A DNA stretch of 64,000 nt, from positions 17,699 to 81,698 of the forward strand of contig JAFVUD010000006.1 in NCBI GenBank assembly GCA_017502865.1, given 5' to 3'. Below, piece by piece: positions 35,535-44,261 of the stretch. This DNA is from Alphaproteobacteria bacterium (lineage in GTDB: Bacteria > Pseudomonadota > Alphaproteobacteria > Rs-D84). How positions within the stretch are numbered: position 1 is the stretch's first letter; each line of letters opens with the position of its first letter. Below the pieces are notes generated by a model that did no database searches, had not been told where the DNA came from, and worked only from the letters and a program-made list of their open reading frames with translations. A program made the translations under genes and the position numbers.

Positions 35535-36093
35535 ACCGGTATTTTTCAACAATTATTATAAATCCATCACCTGTTTTTGACGGTACCAATTTATAATCAA
35601 AGTGATATTTGCGTTTTGCATCGGCAATTTCGGTTTCTATTTCCCGGCCTTTTAATAAAAAAAGCCGGCTTTTTGTTGTGTGAACATAATCCAAAATCTT
35701 GGTCAGTGATGCAAAAGCACGTGCCGTGAATACTAAATTGTCATTTTTGGCCGACAAATCCCGGACAAAGTTTTCAACACGGCCATGATAAATTGTTAAA
35801 TTATCCAGGGACAATTCCTGTTTTACGGCGGTTAAAAATGCTACTTTTTTTCCAATCGATTCTATACAGGTGACACGCCAACCCAAAATAGCCAGCACAA
35901 TCCCAGGAAATCCGGCACCAGAACCCAAATCCGCAATTTCAACATCACGGGGCAAAATGTCCGCCAATTGTGCAGAGTCTGCAAAATGGCGATTTTCGAT
36001 ATCGGTCAGCGTGCTGGGGGCGACCAAATTCATCTTGGTCGACCATTCCCGAAGCAGGGCTGCATATCGTTCAAATTTGACTTTATTATCCAT
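35533..36093 (-). CDS. rsmG: 16S rRNA m7G527 methyltransferase RsmG (GidB)
   Basis: 186 aa with SAM motif ..ADLGSGAGFPGIVLAI.. Upstream of parAB as usual. Confidence 0.9.
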   Translation of the reverse strand: MDNKVKFERYAALLREWSTKMNLVAPSTLTDIENRHFADSAQLADILPRDVEIADLGSGAGFPGIVLAILGWRVTCIESIGKKVAFLTAVKQELSLDNLTIYHGRVENFVRDLSAKNDNLVFTARAFASLTKILDYVHTTKSRLFLLKGREIETEIADAKRKYHFDYKLVPSKTGDGFIIIVEKYR

Positions 36094-36105
36094 AAGCGGT
36101 ATTCT
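36077..36105 (+). promoter_or_regulatory. Promoter of the TPR gene (leaderless architecture)
   Basis: TTGACT (36077-82), 17 nt, TATTCT (36100-05), 9 nt, ATG (36115). Confidence 0.45.
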
Positions 36106-36114
36106 AGCATAACC

Positions 36115-37731
36115 ATGAAGAAAATTGAAAGTTTATTTATCGGTGTGGGTCTTGTTGCCGTTATAGCGGTACTGGGCGGGGGAATGTGGTCATATTTTTC
36201 CGCACCACAAACACCAGCGCAAATAGAAGTGCCAGACAGCCGTTTTGGTAATTTCTTGGCGGCACAGCATGCCGTTTATGTTAACGATTTTGATAACGCG
36301 ATGCGTTTTACAGAATCACTGAGTGAGACGCAATATCAAACCGTTTTGAACACCAAAATGATTTCCGAATTTTTAAGCGGAAATATGCCAAAAGATGCCG
36401 CATTATTAGAAGAAGAAAAGAATGCGGCGGCACGTATTATTTACGATGCATATCTGGTCGGGCAGGGCAAATGGAAAGAATTACACAACAGACATAAAAC
36501 AGATACTGTTGCGATGTCTTCGCCGTTGCGTATTTGGTCTGCAATTGCAAACGACTGGCGCTCCAATACATTTAAATTTATTGACGGTTTGCCAACAAAT
36601 GATTCATGGAAATCATTCGTTCGTGGCCAGATTTACGCCGAATTGGGTGAACATGACAAGGCCGCTGAGCAATTCGATAATGTTAATACAGACTTTATGA
36701 ATATTAACGATTATCTGTATATAATGTCGTTCTATACACACCATGATATGCCGGAAAAAGCCGATGGATTAAAGCGTGATTTTACAGCACGCCCAGGCGG
36801 CATGTTTATGCATAAATATGACAATATTCCAGATTGGTCTTTGTACCAGGGTTATGCAAACCAGTTGGCATTTAACATGCTGCAAACTGTATCCCATACC
36901 CAGATTATGATGTATTCTGATTTGGCGATGCTGTTTTTGCGTTTTGCCCAGATTACGGCACCAGAATTCAGCAAAAATAACGATGCGTTAAATTATTATA
37001 TTGGTCAATTTTTCTTTAATAACATTGGGGATTGGAAAGGGCAATTCGATAAGATTTCCGCTGACAGTCCGTTCTTTTTGTTCGCACAACTGCGCAAGGC
37101 TGAAAAAAGCGGGGATATGGATAAATTGAACAAAATAATGAAAAACCATCCGCTGTTTGTGCCAGCGGCAAACGTACTGATTGGCCATTATATCAAGACA
37201 GATGACCGACGGGCGGCATTACGTGTTGTTAACCGTGCGTTGCGTGATGAAAACATTAATGATTATGGCACTGCGTTCTTTTTAAAGAGCAGGGCACAAA
37301 TACATTTCGCATTCGGGAACCTGAATTCTGCACAAAGCGATTTGAACGCAGCATCAAGTATCACGTTCCCAGATGCAGAAATTTTGTCTTTACAGGCAAA
37401 AATATGGGCATTGCAAAATCGTGAAATTGAAAACGCATACGATTATGCAATGTCTTTGGTAAAACAAAATCCAACAGATGTTATGGCATGGGATACACTG
37501 GCAACTGTAATCCATGCACGAGAAGGCGTTGACGCCGCATTAGAGGTATTAGAGAGAGTCGGTGAAGTATCTGCAACATGTTCTTCTTTGTTTGAACAAC
37601 TGGGGGATTTGTACAGTGAAAAAGAACAGAACGACAAGGCACGTGATGCGTATCTGCGTGCGATTGAATTGTCTGATGATGGATTGGTTGTCGTTCCGTT
37701 TATAGAAAGGAAAATAAGGAATTTAAAATGA
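36115..37731 (+). CDS. Membrane-anchored TPR-repeat protein
   Basis: ORF 35968-37731 trimmed to ATG 36115 (MKKIESLFIGVGLVAVIAVLGGG.. anchor). C-terminal TPR-like repeats (..DKARDAYLRAIELSDD..). Confidence 0.6.
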   Translation: MKKIESLFIGVGLVAVIAVLGGGMWSYFSAPQTPAQIEVPDSRFGNFLAAQHAVYVNDFDNAMRFTESLSETQYQTVLNTKMISEFLSGNMPKDAALLEEEKNAAARIIYDAYLVGQGKWKELHNRHKTDTVAMSSPLRIWSAIANDWRSNTFKFIDGLPTNDSWKSFVRGQIYAELGEHDKAAEQFDNVNTDFMNINDYLYIMSFYTHHDMPEKADGLKRDFTARPGGMFMHKYDNIPDWSLYQGYANQLAFNMLQTVSHTQIMMYSDLAMLFLRFAQITAPEFSKNNDALNYYIGQFFFNNIGDWKGQFDKISADSPFFLFAQLRKAEKSGDMDKLNKIMKNHPLFVPAANVLIGHYIKTDDRRAALRVVNRALRDENINDYGTAFFLKSRAQIHFAFGNLNSAQSDLNAASSITFPDAEILSLQAKIWALQNREIENAYDYAMSLVKQNPTDVMAWDTLATVIHAREGVDAALEVLERVGEVSATCSSLFEQLGDLYSEKEQNDKARDAYLRAIELSDDGLVVVPFIERKIRNLK

Positions 37732-38591
37732 AAGTAGGTGTTATTGGGGCCGGTGCATGGGGCACCGCACTGGCAATCGTGTCCGCCCAAGGTGGGGCAG
37801 ATGTTGTTCTGTGGTCGTATGATGGTGAATACAAACATTTTGAATGTGCAGGCGTACCAGAAAACATGAAATTAACCGCAAACATGGACGATTTAAGCGA
37901 TGCAGATGCGTGGTTGATTGTGACACCGGCCGCATTTTTCCGCGAAACTTTGGCCAAGGCTACAAATTCATATAAGGGCCAACCAATTATTATCTGTACC
38001 AAAGGGGCAGAACGTGAAACCGGTGCATTTACATCTGAAATGCTGCACGATGTTTTGCCACAATGTCATGAATTTGGTGTGCTGTCGGGGCCACAATTTG
38101 CAGCCGAGGTTGCATGTGGCGTTCCCACAGGTTCAACACTGGCCGGGACAGAAAGTGCACGCAAAATTGGCAAGCAGATTTTGAATAAACTGTATATCGA
38201 AGAAAGCGATGATGTTATTGGTGCAGAAATGTGCGGCATGGGCAAAAATGCAGTCGCACTGATTTGCGGATACAACAGCATTGCCGCCCAGGGCGAAAAC
38301 GACCGTGCAATGATATTCACACGTGCATGGAACGAAGTAGTGGAACTGGGGTTGGCAGCTGGGGCCAAAGAACGTACATTTTTACGTCTGTGTGGAATAG
38401 GGGATTTGTTTTTGTCTGCAACATCTGCAACCAGCCGAAATTACGCAGGTGGTATGGCGATTGCACGTGGCGAAGAACCGGCCGGCACAGTCGAAGGATT
38501 GTTTGCACTGAACGGTTTAATTGAACGTGCAAAAACATTAAATGTTGCAACCCCTGTTTTGATTGAAATGAAAGAAAAAATGGGTTTGTAA
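37728..38591 (+). CDS. gpsA: NAD(P)H-dependent glycerol-3-phosphate dehydrogenase
   Basis: MKVGVIGAGAWGTALAIV.. Rossmann N-terminus. ATGA overlap with the upstream gene. Short at 287 aa. Confidence 0.8.
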   Translation: MKVGVIGAGAWGTALAIVSAQGGADVVLWSYDGEYKHFECAGVPENMKLTANMDDLSDADAWLIVTPAAFFRETLAKATNSYKGQPIIICTKGAERETGAFTSEMLHDVLPQCHEFGVLSGPQFAAEVACGVPTGSTLAGTESARKIGKQILNKLYIEESDDVIGAEMCGMGKNAVALICGYNSIAAQGENDRAMIFTRAWNEVVELGLAAGAKERTFLRLCGIGDLFLSATSATSRNYAGGMAIARGEEPAGTVEGLFALNGLIERAKTLNVATPVLIEMKEKMGL

Positions 38592-38610
38592 AAATTGCAA
38601 TAAACCAATA

Positions 38611-38640
38611 AAAAAACACCGGCAAATGCCGGTGTTTTTG
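38611..38640. terminator. Bidirectional terminator (gpsA / mreB)
   Basis: A6, CACCGGC-AAAT-GCCGGTG, T5. Confidence 0.7.
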
Positions 38641-38641
38641 T

Positions 38642-39700
<1,059 letters not shown>

Positions 39701-39792
39701 CTAGCCATAAATAATTATTCATATGTTCATTGCACTATAAAACGGCAGTTGCTAAAAATCAAGGTTCCAACGTAAAAAAATATGCTTTTTAT

Positions 39793-39819
39793 TTGATTTT
39801 CTGTAGATTCTGCTATTAT
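39793..39819 (+). promoter_or_regulatory. Possible rnpA promoter (near-leaderless)
   Basis: TTGATT (39793-98), 15 nt, TATTAT (39814-19), 7 nt, ATG (39827). Confidence 0.35.
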
Positions 39820-39826
39820 AGGGTAC

Positions 39827-40171
39827 ATGCGAGATACAATAAAAAAACATGAACACTTTGTTATGGGCGACAATGACCCCATCGCACGCAATGCGGGGTT
39901 TGTTGTGCGTGCAAAAAAAACACTGTTTCCGGGGGATGCCAGATATGGCCTGATTGCGTCAAAGCGAACATTCAAGTTGGCGGTGGACAGAAATCGGGCA
40001 AAACGGTTATTGCGTGAATGGATTCGCCATAACGAAAAAAAGTTATTACCAGATTTAGACTATGTGTTTATTGCACGGCGTGCAATACTGGGGTACGAAC
40101 GTGATCAGGGAATTACTGCAATGTCCAAGGCGTTGCATTGGATTGCAAAATCAGTAAAAGATGCCCAATAA
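39827..40171 (+). CDS. rnpA: Ribonuclease P protein component
   Basis: 114 aa, ..AVDRNRAKRLLREWIRHN..DYVFIARRAIL.. No rpmH upstream. Confidence 0.8.
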   Translation: MRDTIKKHEHFVMGDNDPIARNAGFVVRAKKTLFPGDARYGLIASKRTFKLAVDRNRAKRLLREWIRHNEKKLLPDLDYVFIARRAILGYERDQGITAMSKALHWIAKSVKDAQ

Positions 40172-40397
40172 TTTCAATTTTATCAAAAAAACTGCAATGG
40201 GGTTGGTACGCATGTACCAGGTCTGTATTTCACCATTTATCGGTGGGCAGGCTGCGTGTAGATTTACCCCGACATGCAGCGAATACACACGCCAGGCAAT
40301 CGCAAAATACGGCGTAGTTCGTGGAACAATTTTGGGTATAAAACGCATCAGCAGATGCAGGCCAGGTGGCGGGTGTGGATACGACCCTGTCCCTTGA
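40161..40397 (+). CDS. yidD: Membrane protein insertion efficiency factor YidD
   Basis: ..RMYQVCISPFIGGQAACRFTPTCSEYTRQAIAKYG..RCRPGGGCGYDPVP. Confidence 0.85.
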   Translation: MPNNFNFIKKTAMGLVRMYQVCISPFIGGQAACRFTPTCSEYTRQAIAKYGVVRGTILGIKRISRCRPGGGCGYDPVP

Positions 40398-40460
40398 CAA
40401 GTTGCATCATTGTGATAGAATTATAAGACGAGTGGTAAAAAAATTAAAAGGATTAATATT

Positions 40461-40901
40461 ATGTCATTTCGTGCAACTGTAGAATCTATGTCAAAGATTA
40501 TGGATGATATGGGTATTACAGAACTTGATTTAGAACGCCAATTTTTGTTCGGCGTTTACCGCAAACATATTCACCTGTCTAAACAACAGGGAACAACAGT
40601 TGCAATGCCAAACCTGCCGATGGCAGAGGGAAAAGATACAGTTTCTGAACCTGCAAAAACAATCAATGGTTATGCATTAAAATCGCCAATGGTTGGGGTT
40701 GTTTATTTGGCACCAGAACCAGGTGCAAAGCCATTTACAACAGTTGGCACACAAATCAAAGCAGGGGACACAGTCGCATTGGTCGAAGCAATGAAAACAT
40801 TCAATCCAATTAAATCTGACAAAGATGGGGTTGTAAAAGAAATCTTGGTTTCAGATGGCCAGGCCGTTGAATTCGATCAACCGATTATTGTTATTGAATA
40901 A
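40461..40901 (+). CDS. accB: Acetyl-CoA carboxylase biotin carboxyl carrier protein
   Basis: Biotinylation motif ..ALVEAMKTFNPIKSD.. Confidence 0.9.
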   Translation: MSFRATVESMSKIMDDMGITELDLERQFLFGVYRKHIHLSKQQGTTVAMPNLPMAEGKDTVSEPAKTINGYALKSPMVGVVYLAPEPGAKPFTTVGTQIKAGDTVALVEAMKTFNPIKSDKDGVVKEILVSDGQAVEFDQPIIVIE

Positions 40902-40903
40902 AA

Positions 40904-42253
40904 ATGTCACAAATAAAAAAAGTTTTAATTGCCAATCGTGGCGAAATTGCGTTGCGTGTTATTCGTGCCTGTCGTGATATGGGTATTCGAACCGTCGCTG
41001 TTTATTCAACGGCAGACCGTGATGCAATGCACGTTCAATTGGCCGACGAATCTGTATGTATCGGGCCAGCGGTGGCACGTGAATCTTACCTGAACGAATC
41101 TGCAATTTTGACGGCTGCGTTGCTGACCAATGCAGATGCAATTCACCCAGGATATGGATTTTTATCCGAACGGGCAGACTTTGCACGCAAGGTTGAACAG
41201 CACGATATGATTTGGATTGGGCCTGCACCAGATATGATTGAAAAAATGGGCGACAAGGTTAATGCAAAACGCACCGCCATTGAATGCGGATTGCCAGTTG
41301 TCCCAGGGTCCGAAGGTGCCATTGAAACATTAGAATCTGCATTAGAATGGGCCGAAAAAATTGGTTATCCAGTTATGTTAAAGGCCGCCGCAGGTGGTGG
41401 TGGGCGTGGTATGCGTCCGGTTGCAAGTGCAGAAGAAATGGCCGAAGCGTTCCAGATTACAAAAACCGAAGCAAAATCAAGTTTTGGTGATGATACACTG
41501 TATATGGAAAAATTGCTGATGCACCCAAGACATATTGAATTCCAGGTTCTGGGGGATAAACACGGCAATGTTGTAATCTTTGGGGAACGTGATTGTTCGT
41601 TGCAACGCAGAAACCAAAAGGTTATGGAAGAATGTCCAGCCGCTGTTTTAACACAAAAGCAACGTGATGACATGATTGAGGTCTGCAAAAGTGCAGCCAA
41701 GAAAATGGGCTATACAAATGCCGGGACATTCGAATTTATGTTCGAAGATGGTAAATTCTATTTCTTGGAAATGAATACGCGTTTGCAGGTGGAACACCCG
41801 GTCACAGAAATGGTTTATGGCGTGGATTTGGTTCGTGAACAAATTCGTGTCGCCGCAGGGGAAAAATTGGGATACAACCAATCAAATGTGATTCCAAACG
41901 GGCATGCGATTGAATTCCGCATCAATGCCGAAGACCCAGAAACATTTATTCCAAACCCAGGTAAAATTACACTGTATGCGCCATCGGGCGGTATGGGGGT
42001 TCGTGTGGACAGTGCGGTTTATACAGGATACACAATTCCACCAACATATGATTCTATGATTGCAAAGTTGATTGTTCACGCACAGAACAGACCGGCATGT
42101 ATTTTGCGTGCAACACGTGCGTTGGACGAATTTGTTATCGAAGGGGTCAAAACAACAATTCCATTACAACAGAAATTGTTGGCGAACCGTGATGTTAAAC
42201 AGTTGAAATTTGACAATCATTGGTTGGAAAATTTCTTGAAAAAAGATGAATAA
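40904..42253 (+). CDS. accC: Acetyl-CoA carboxylase biotin carboxylase subunit
   Basis: 449 aa, ..KVLIANRGEIALRVIRAC.., ATP-grasp, ..EMNTRLQVEHPVTE.. Confidence 0.95.
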   Translation: MSQIKKVLIANRGEIALRVIRACRDMGIRTVAVYSTADRDAMHVQLADESVCIGPAVARESYLNESAILTAALLTNADAIHPGYGFLSERADFARKVEQHDMIWIGPAPDMIEKMGDKVNAKRTAIECGLPVVPGSEGAIETLESALEWAEKIGYPVMLKAAAGGGGRGMRPVASAEEMAEAFQITKTEAKSSFGDDTLYMEKLLMHPRHIEFQVLGDKHGNVVIFGERDCSLQRRNQKVMEECPAAVLTQKQRDDMIEVCKSAAKKMGYTNAGTFEFMFEDGKFYFLEMNTRLQVEHPVTEMVYGVDLVREQIRVAAGEKLGYNQSNVIPNGHAIEFRINAEDPETFIPNPGKITLYAPSGGMGVRVDSAVYTGYTIPPTYDSMIAKLIVHAQNRPACILRATRALDEFVIEGVKTTIPLQQKLLANRDVKQLKFDNHWLENFLKKDE

Positions 42254-42281
42254 AAATACCGGCATTTGCCGGTGTTTTTTT
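42252..42281. terminator. Bidirectional terminator (accC / sspB)
   Basis: A-run, TACCGGC-ATTT-GCCGGTG, T7. Confidence 0.7.
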
Positions 42282-42288
42282 ATATTTT

Positions 42289-42759
42289 TTATTGCTGAGG
42301 CTTGCGATTTTTACGGAATTCTTCCAGTGAAACAACACGGCCTGTATCAGGAACAGATTCATAACGTTCATCCAATGGTAATTCCATATCGTTGTCGGCG
42401 GCGGTTTGAGCCTTGTGATGAAAAGACAACATAAAATCGACCGATGGATCTTTGAATTCAACCAGCGCAGAAAACGGCACACGAATAAAGAATGGACGAC
42501 CATCGAATGTTAATTGAACACCAAATTCTTTGTCAGATACATTCAGGTTGTTATAAGAATACTGTAAAACAATCGTCATGATATCTGGGTAACGCATGCG
42601 TAAAAAATCCGGCAAAACAACCCCTGGGTCACGGGTTTTGAATGTGATAAAGAAATGCGTTCCATCACCCAAACCATTAAATTGAGCATGAATCAGGGCA
42701 TCTTTGACCACTGATTTTAACGCATTATCCAGCAATGTTTGATAATCTATACGTGCCAT
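42289..42759 (-). CDS. sspB: ClpXP adaptor SspB (alphaproteobacterial type)
   Basis: ..IDYQTLLDNALKSVVKDAL..THFFITFKTRDPGVVLPDFLRMRYPDIMTIVLQ..FDGRPFFIRVPFSALVEFKDPSV.. resembles alpha-type SspB, with an acidic/basic flexible tail. Confidence 0.7.
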   Translation of the reverse strand: MARIDYQTLLDNALKSVVKDALIHAQFNGLGDGTHFFITFKTRDPGVVLPDFLRMRYPDIMTIVLQYSYNNLNVSDKEFGVQLTFDGRPFFIRVPFSALVEFKDPSVDFMLSFHHKAQTAADNDMELPLDERYESVPDTGRVVSLEEFRKNRKPQQ

Positions 42760-42766
42760 AATCTTT

Positions 42767-43846
42767 TTACTCCGTGTGCAGTATATTACTTATTTCCCCG
42801 TCTGTGCAAGCAACAAATACAGCATCTGGGACATCACGAAAAACATCGGGGTCCAGACCGGTGGCCCAGACCTGGGCATCGCAAAGCCCCAATTCTGTGA
42901 ACAGGTTCTGGCGGGCGGTGGCGTCCAGGTGGGCGGCGGCTTCGTCCAATAATATCAATGGGCGGGTGCCTGTTTTTACGTGCAATAATTTTGCATGTGC
43001 CAATATCAATTCCAGCAAGACTGTTTTCTGTTGGCCAGTACTGGTTAAATGTGCCGGCAGATTTAATTCATTATTGAACACCCCAAAATCAGATTTATGT
43101 GGGCCGTCAACCACCATTTTGTCACCAATCAATTCACGATTATTCGTCAGGTATTCCATATACGCACGTTCACAATCACCGGCACTGCGGCCATCGATAA
43201 GCATTTGTTCAATCATACCAGATACAGATACCGCACAACGGGCCAGGAAATAATTCAATTCGCCGGCATACTGGATACGGGCGGCAGATACAGCAACAGC
43301 GGTGCCGGCAATCTGGGAATCCAGTGCATTTAGCCAATGGGTGTCTGCACCACTTTTGATTGCGAATGCACGTTCCGACATTAATTTAGACAGACGGGCC
43401 GCACGACCAGAATGAGATGGGTCAAAACCAGATACCAATCGGTCAAAAAAAGCACGACGTTCCGATGCAGAATCTACAAACAGGCGGTCTTCACGTGGGG
43501 TCAGCCATATCATGCGTAAATGACGTGCCAAATCAGATAATGGGGCATTGTCACCATCTATGCGGGCACGGCGATTGGTGTCGCCACTGTTGAAATATAC
43601 ACAGACATCGGTTTCGTCCGCCAATGTTGCAAAAACAGAAAAACCACCCGACGCATTAAAGCGGGCAATATCGCCCATTGGTGCACCACGCATACCACGA
43701 TCGCCAGACAACATAGATACCGCTTCTAGGATAGCGGTTTTGCCCGCCCCATTTGGACCAGTAATAATAACATTACGGTGCCCGTATGTTGTGACACGGC
43801 ATGCACAATGATTTCTAAAATCGGTCAGGCTTAAAATATTTATCAT
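42767..43846 (-). CDS. recF: DNA replication and repair protein RecF
   Basis: ORF 42767-43945 trimmed to ATG 43846 (MINILSLTDFRNH..ITGPNGAGKTAILEAV..). Signature ..SQGQ-like STGQQKT.. and Walker B LILLDEAAAHLD. Confidence 0.9.
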   Translation of the reverse strand: MINILSLTDFRNHCACRVTTYGHRNVIITGPNGAGKTAILEAVSMLSGDRGMRGAPMGDIARFNASGGFSVFATLADETDVCVYFNSGDTNRRARIDGDNAPLSDLARHLRMIWLTPREDRLFVDSASERRAFFDRLVSGFDPSHSGRAARLSKLMSERAFAIKSGADTHWLNALDSQIAGTAVAVSAARIQYAGELNYFLARCAVSVSGMIEQMLIDGRSAGDCERAYMEYLTNNRELIGDKMVVDGPHKSDFGVFNNELNLPAHLTSTGQQKTVLLELILAHAKLLHVKTGTRPLILLDEAAAHLDATARQNLFTELGLCDAQVWATGLDPDVFRDVPDAVFVACTDGEISNILHTE

Positions 43847-43878
43847 GGGTTGGATGATACAAGATAAAAAACACATCT

Positions 43879-43932
43879 GCCACAAATAAAAAATCCCCAT
43901 GCGGGGATTTATTTGGAGGCCTGGGTCGGAAT
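43879..43932 (-). repeat. Direct repeat copy A: tRNA-Cys 3' 19 nt plus its terminator hairpin
   Basis: GCCACAAATAAAAAATCCCCATGCGGGGATTTATTTGGAGGCCTGGGTCGGAAT. Identical to 44063-44114 except for a 2-nt indel in the A-run. Confidence 0.85.
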
Positions 43933-43992
43933 GTTCGCACCCCATACGGGGACGTTGCTAAACGCAACTTGACTCACTATGCGTTTGGCTTC

Positions 43993-44020
43993 GTGCCGGG
44001 CGGGCACTTATGCCCGGCAC
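43993..44020. other. GC-rich 9-bp hairpin inside the inter-repeat segment
   Basis: GTGCCGGGC (43993-44001) / GCCCGGCAC (44012-20) with a 10-nt loop. Confidence 0.6.
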
Positions 44021-44044
44021 AAATTCCAACTTATACCCGAACCG

Positions 44045-44067
44045 ATGCCGGTTCAATTCCGGGCCAC
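44045..44067 (+). repeat. Inverted tRNA-Cys T-arm fragment (tRNA remnant)
   Basis: Plus strand ATGCCGGTTCAATTCCG matches the minus-strand tRNA-Cys ATGCCGGTTCGATTCCG (44125-44109) at 16 of 17 positions. It then reads GGCCAC, resembling the acceptor 3' strand with a 5-nt deletion. Confidence 0.65.
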
Positions 44068-44114
44068 AAAAAAAATCCCCATGCGGGGATTTATTTGGAG
44101 GCCTGGGTCGGAAT
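44063..44114 (-). repeat. Direct repeat copy B (real tRNA-Cys 3' end plus terminator)
   Basis: See copy A. It covers tRNA positions from the T-loop to CCA (44096-44114) and the ATCCCCATGCGGGGAT terminator. Confidence 0.85.
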
Positions 44115-44169
44115 CGAACCGGCATACAAGGATTTGCAGTCCTCTGCATAACCACTCTGCCACCAGGCC
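44096..44169 (-). tRNA. tRNA-Cys (anticodon GCA)
   Basis: Minus strand GGCCTGGTGGCAGAGTGGTTATGCAGAGGACTGCAAATCCTTGTATGCCGGTTCGATTCCGACCCAGGCCTCCA. Anticodon loop CTGCAAA, U73 discriminator, encoded CCA. One C-A mismatch in the T stem. Confidence 0.85.
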
Positions 44170-44261
44170 TTAACTGCGTGGCACATAGTAAGCAATTTTT
44201 ATTTGTATTTCAACTGAAAAATTTTTATACTGCGTTTATAGTGATTTAGAGAGAGTGTTTT

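Larger units (their letters stand above)
35370..35551 (+). repeat. Cluster of T5-6CAAC(A) motifs, including two 27-nt direct repeats
   Basis: Motifs at 35370-80, 35435-45, 35498-508 and 35542-51, plus variant TTTTTTAACA at 35470-79. TTTATAAAAACACACGATTTTTTCAAC (35418-44) resembles TTTATAAAAAACGCAATTTTTTCAAC (35482-507). Confidence 0.6.

Noticed and set aside
42767-43945. 392-aa recF ORF starting at 43945.
   Set aside because: The extension (MGCEHSDPGLQINPRMGIFYLWQMCFLSCIIQP) runs into the tRNA-Cys repeat and terminator copy and is not RecF-like. The conserved N-terminus begins at ATG 43846.
43906-44070. A 160-nt intron-containing or long-variable-arm tRNA formed by GGCCCGG (44068-62) pairing with CCAGGCC of repeat copy A.
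   Set aside because: The acceptor pairing has a C-A mismatch. No D-arm or anticodon arm with U33 could be drawn, and the insert is too short for a group I intron. Remnant fragments explain it better.
43958-44249. Small ORFs (60-79 aa) on both strands over the tRNA-Cys locus, and ORF 12606-12818 over tRNA-Val.
   Set aside because: They overlap tRNA genes, terminators and repeats and have no coding signals.
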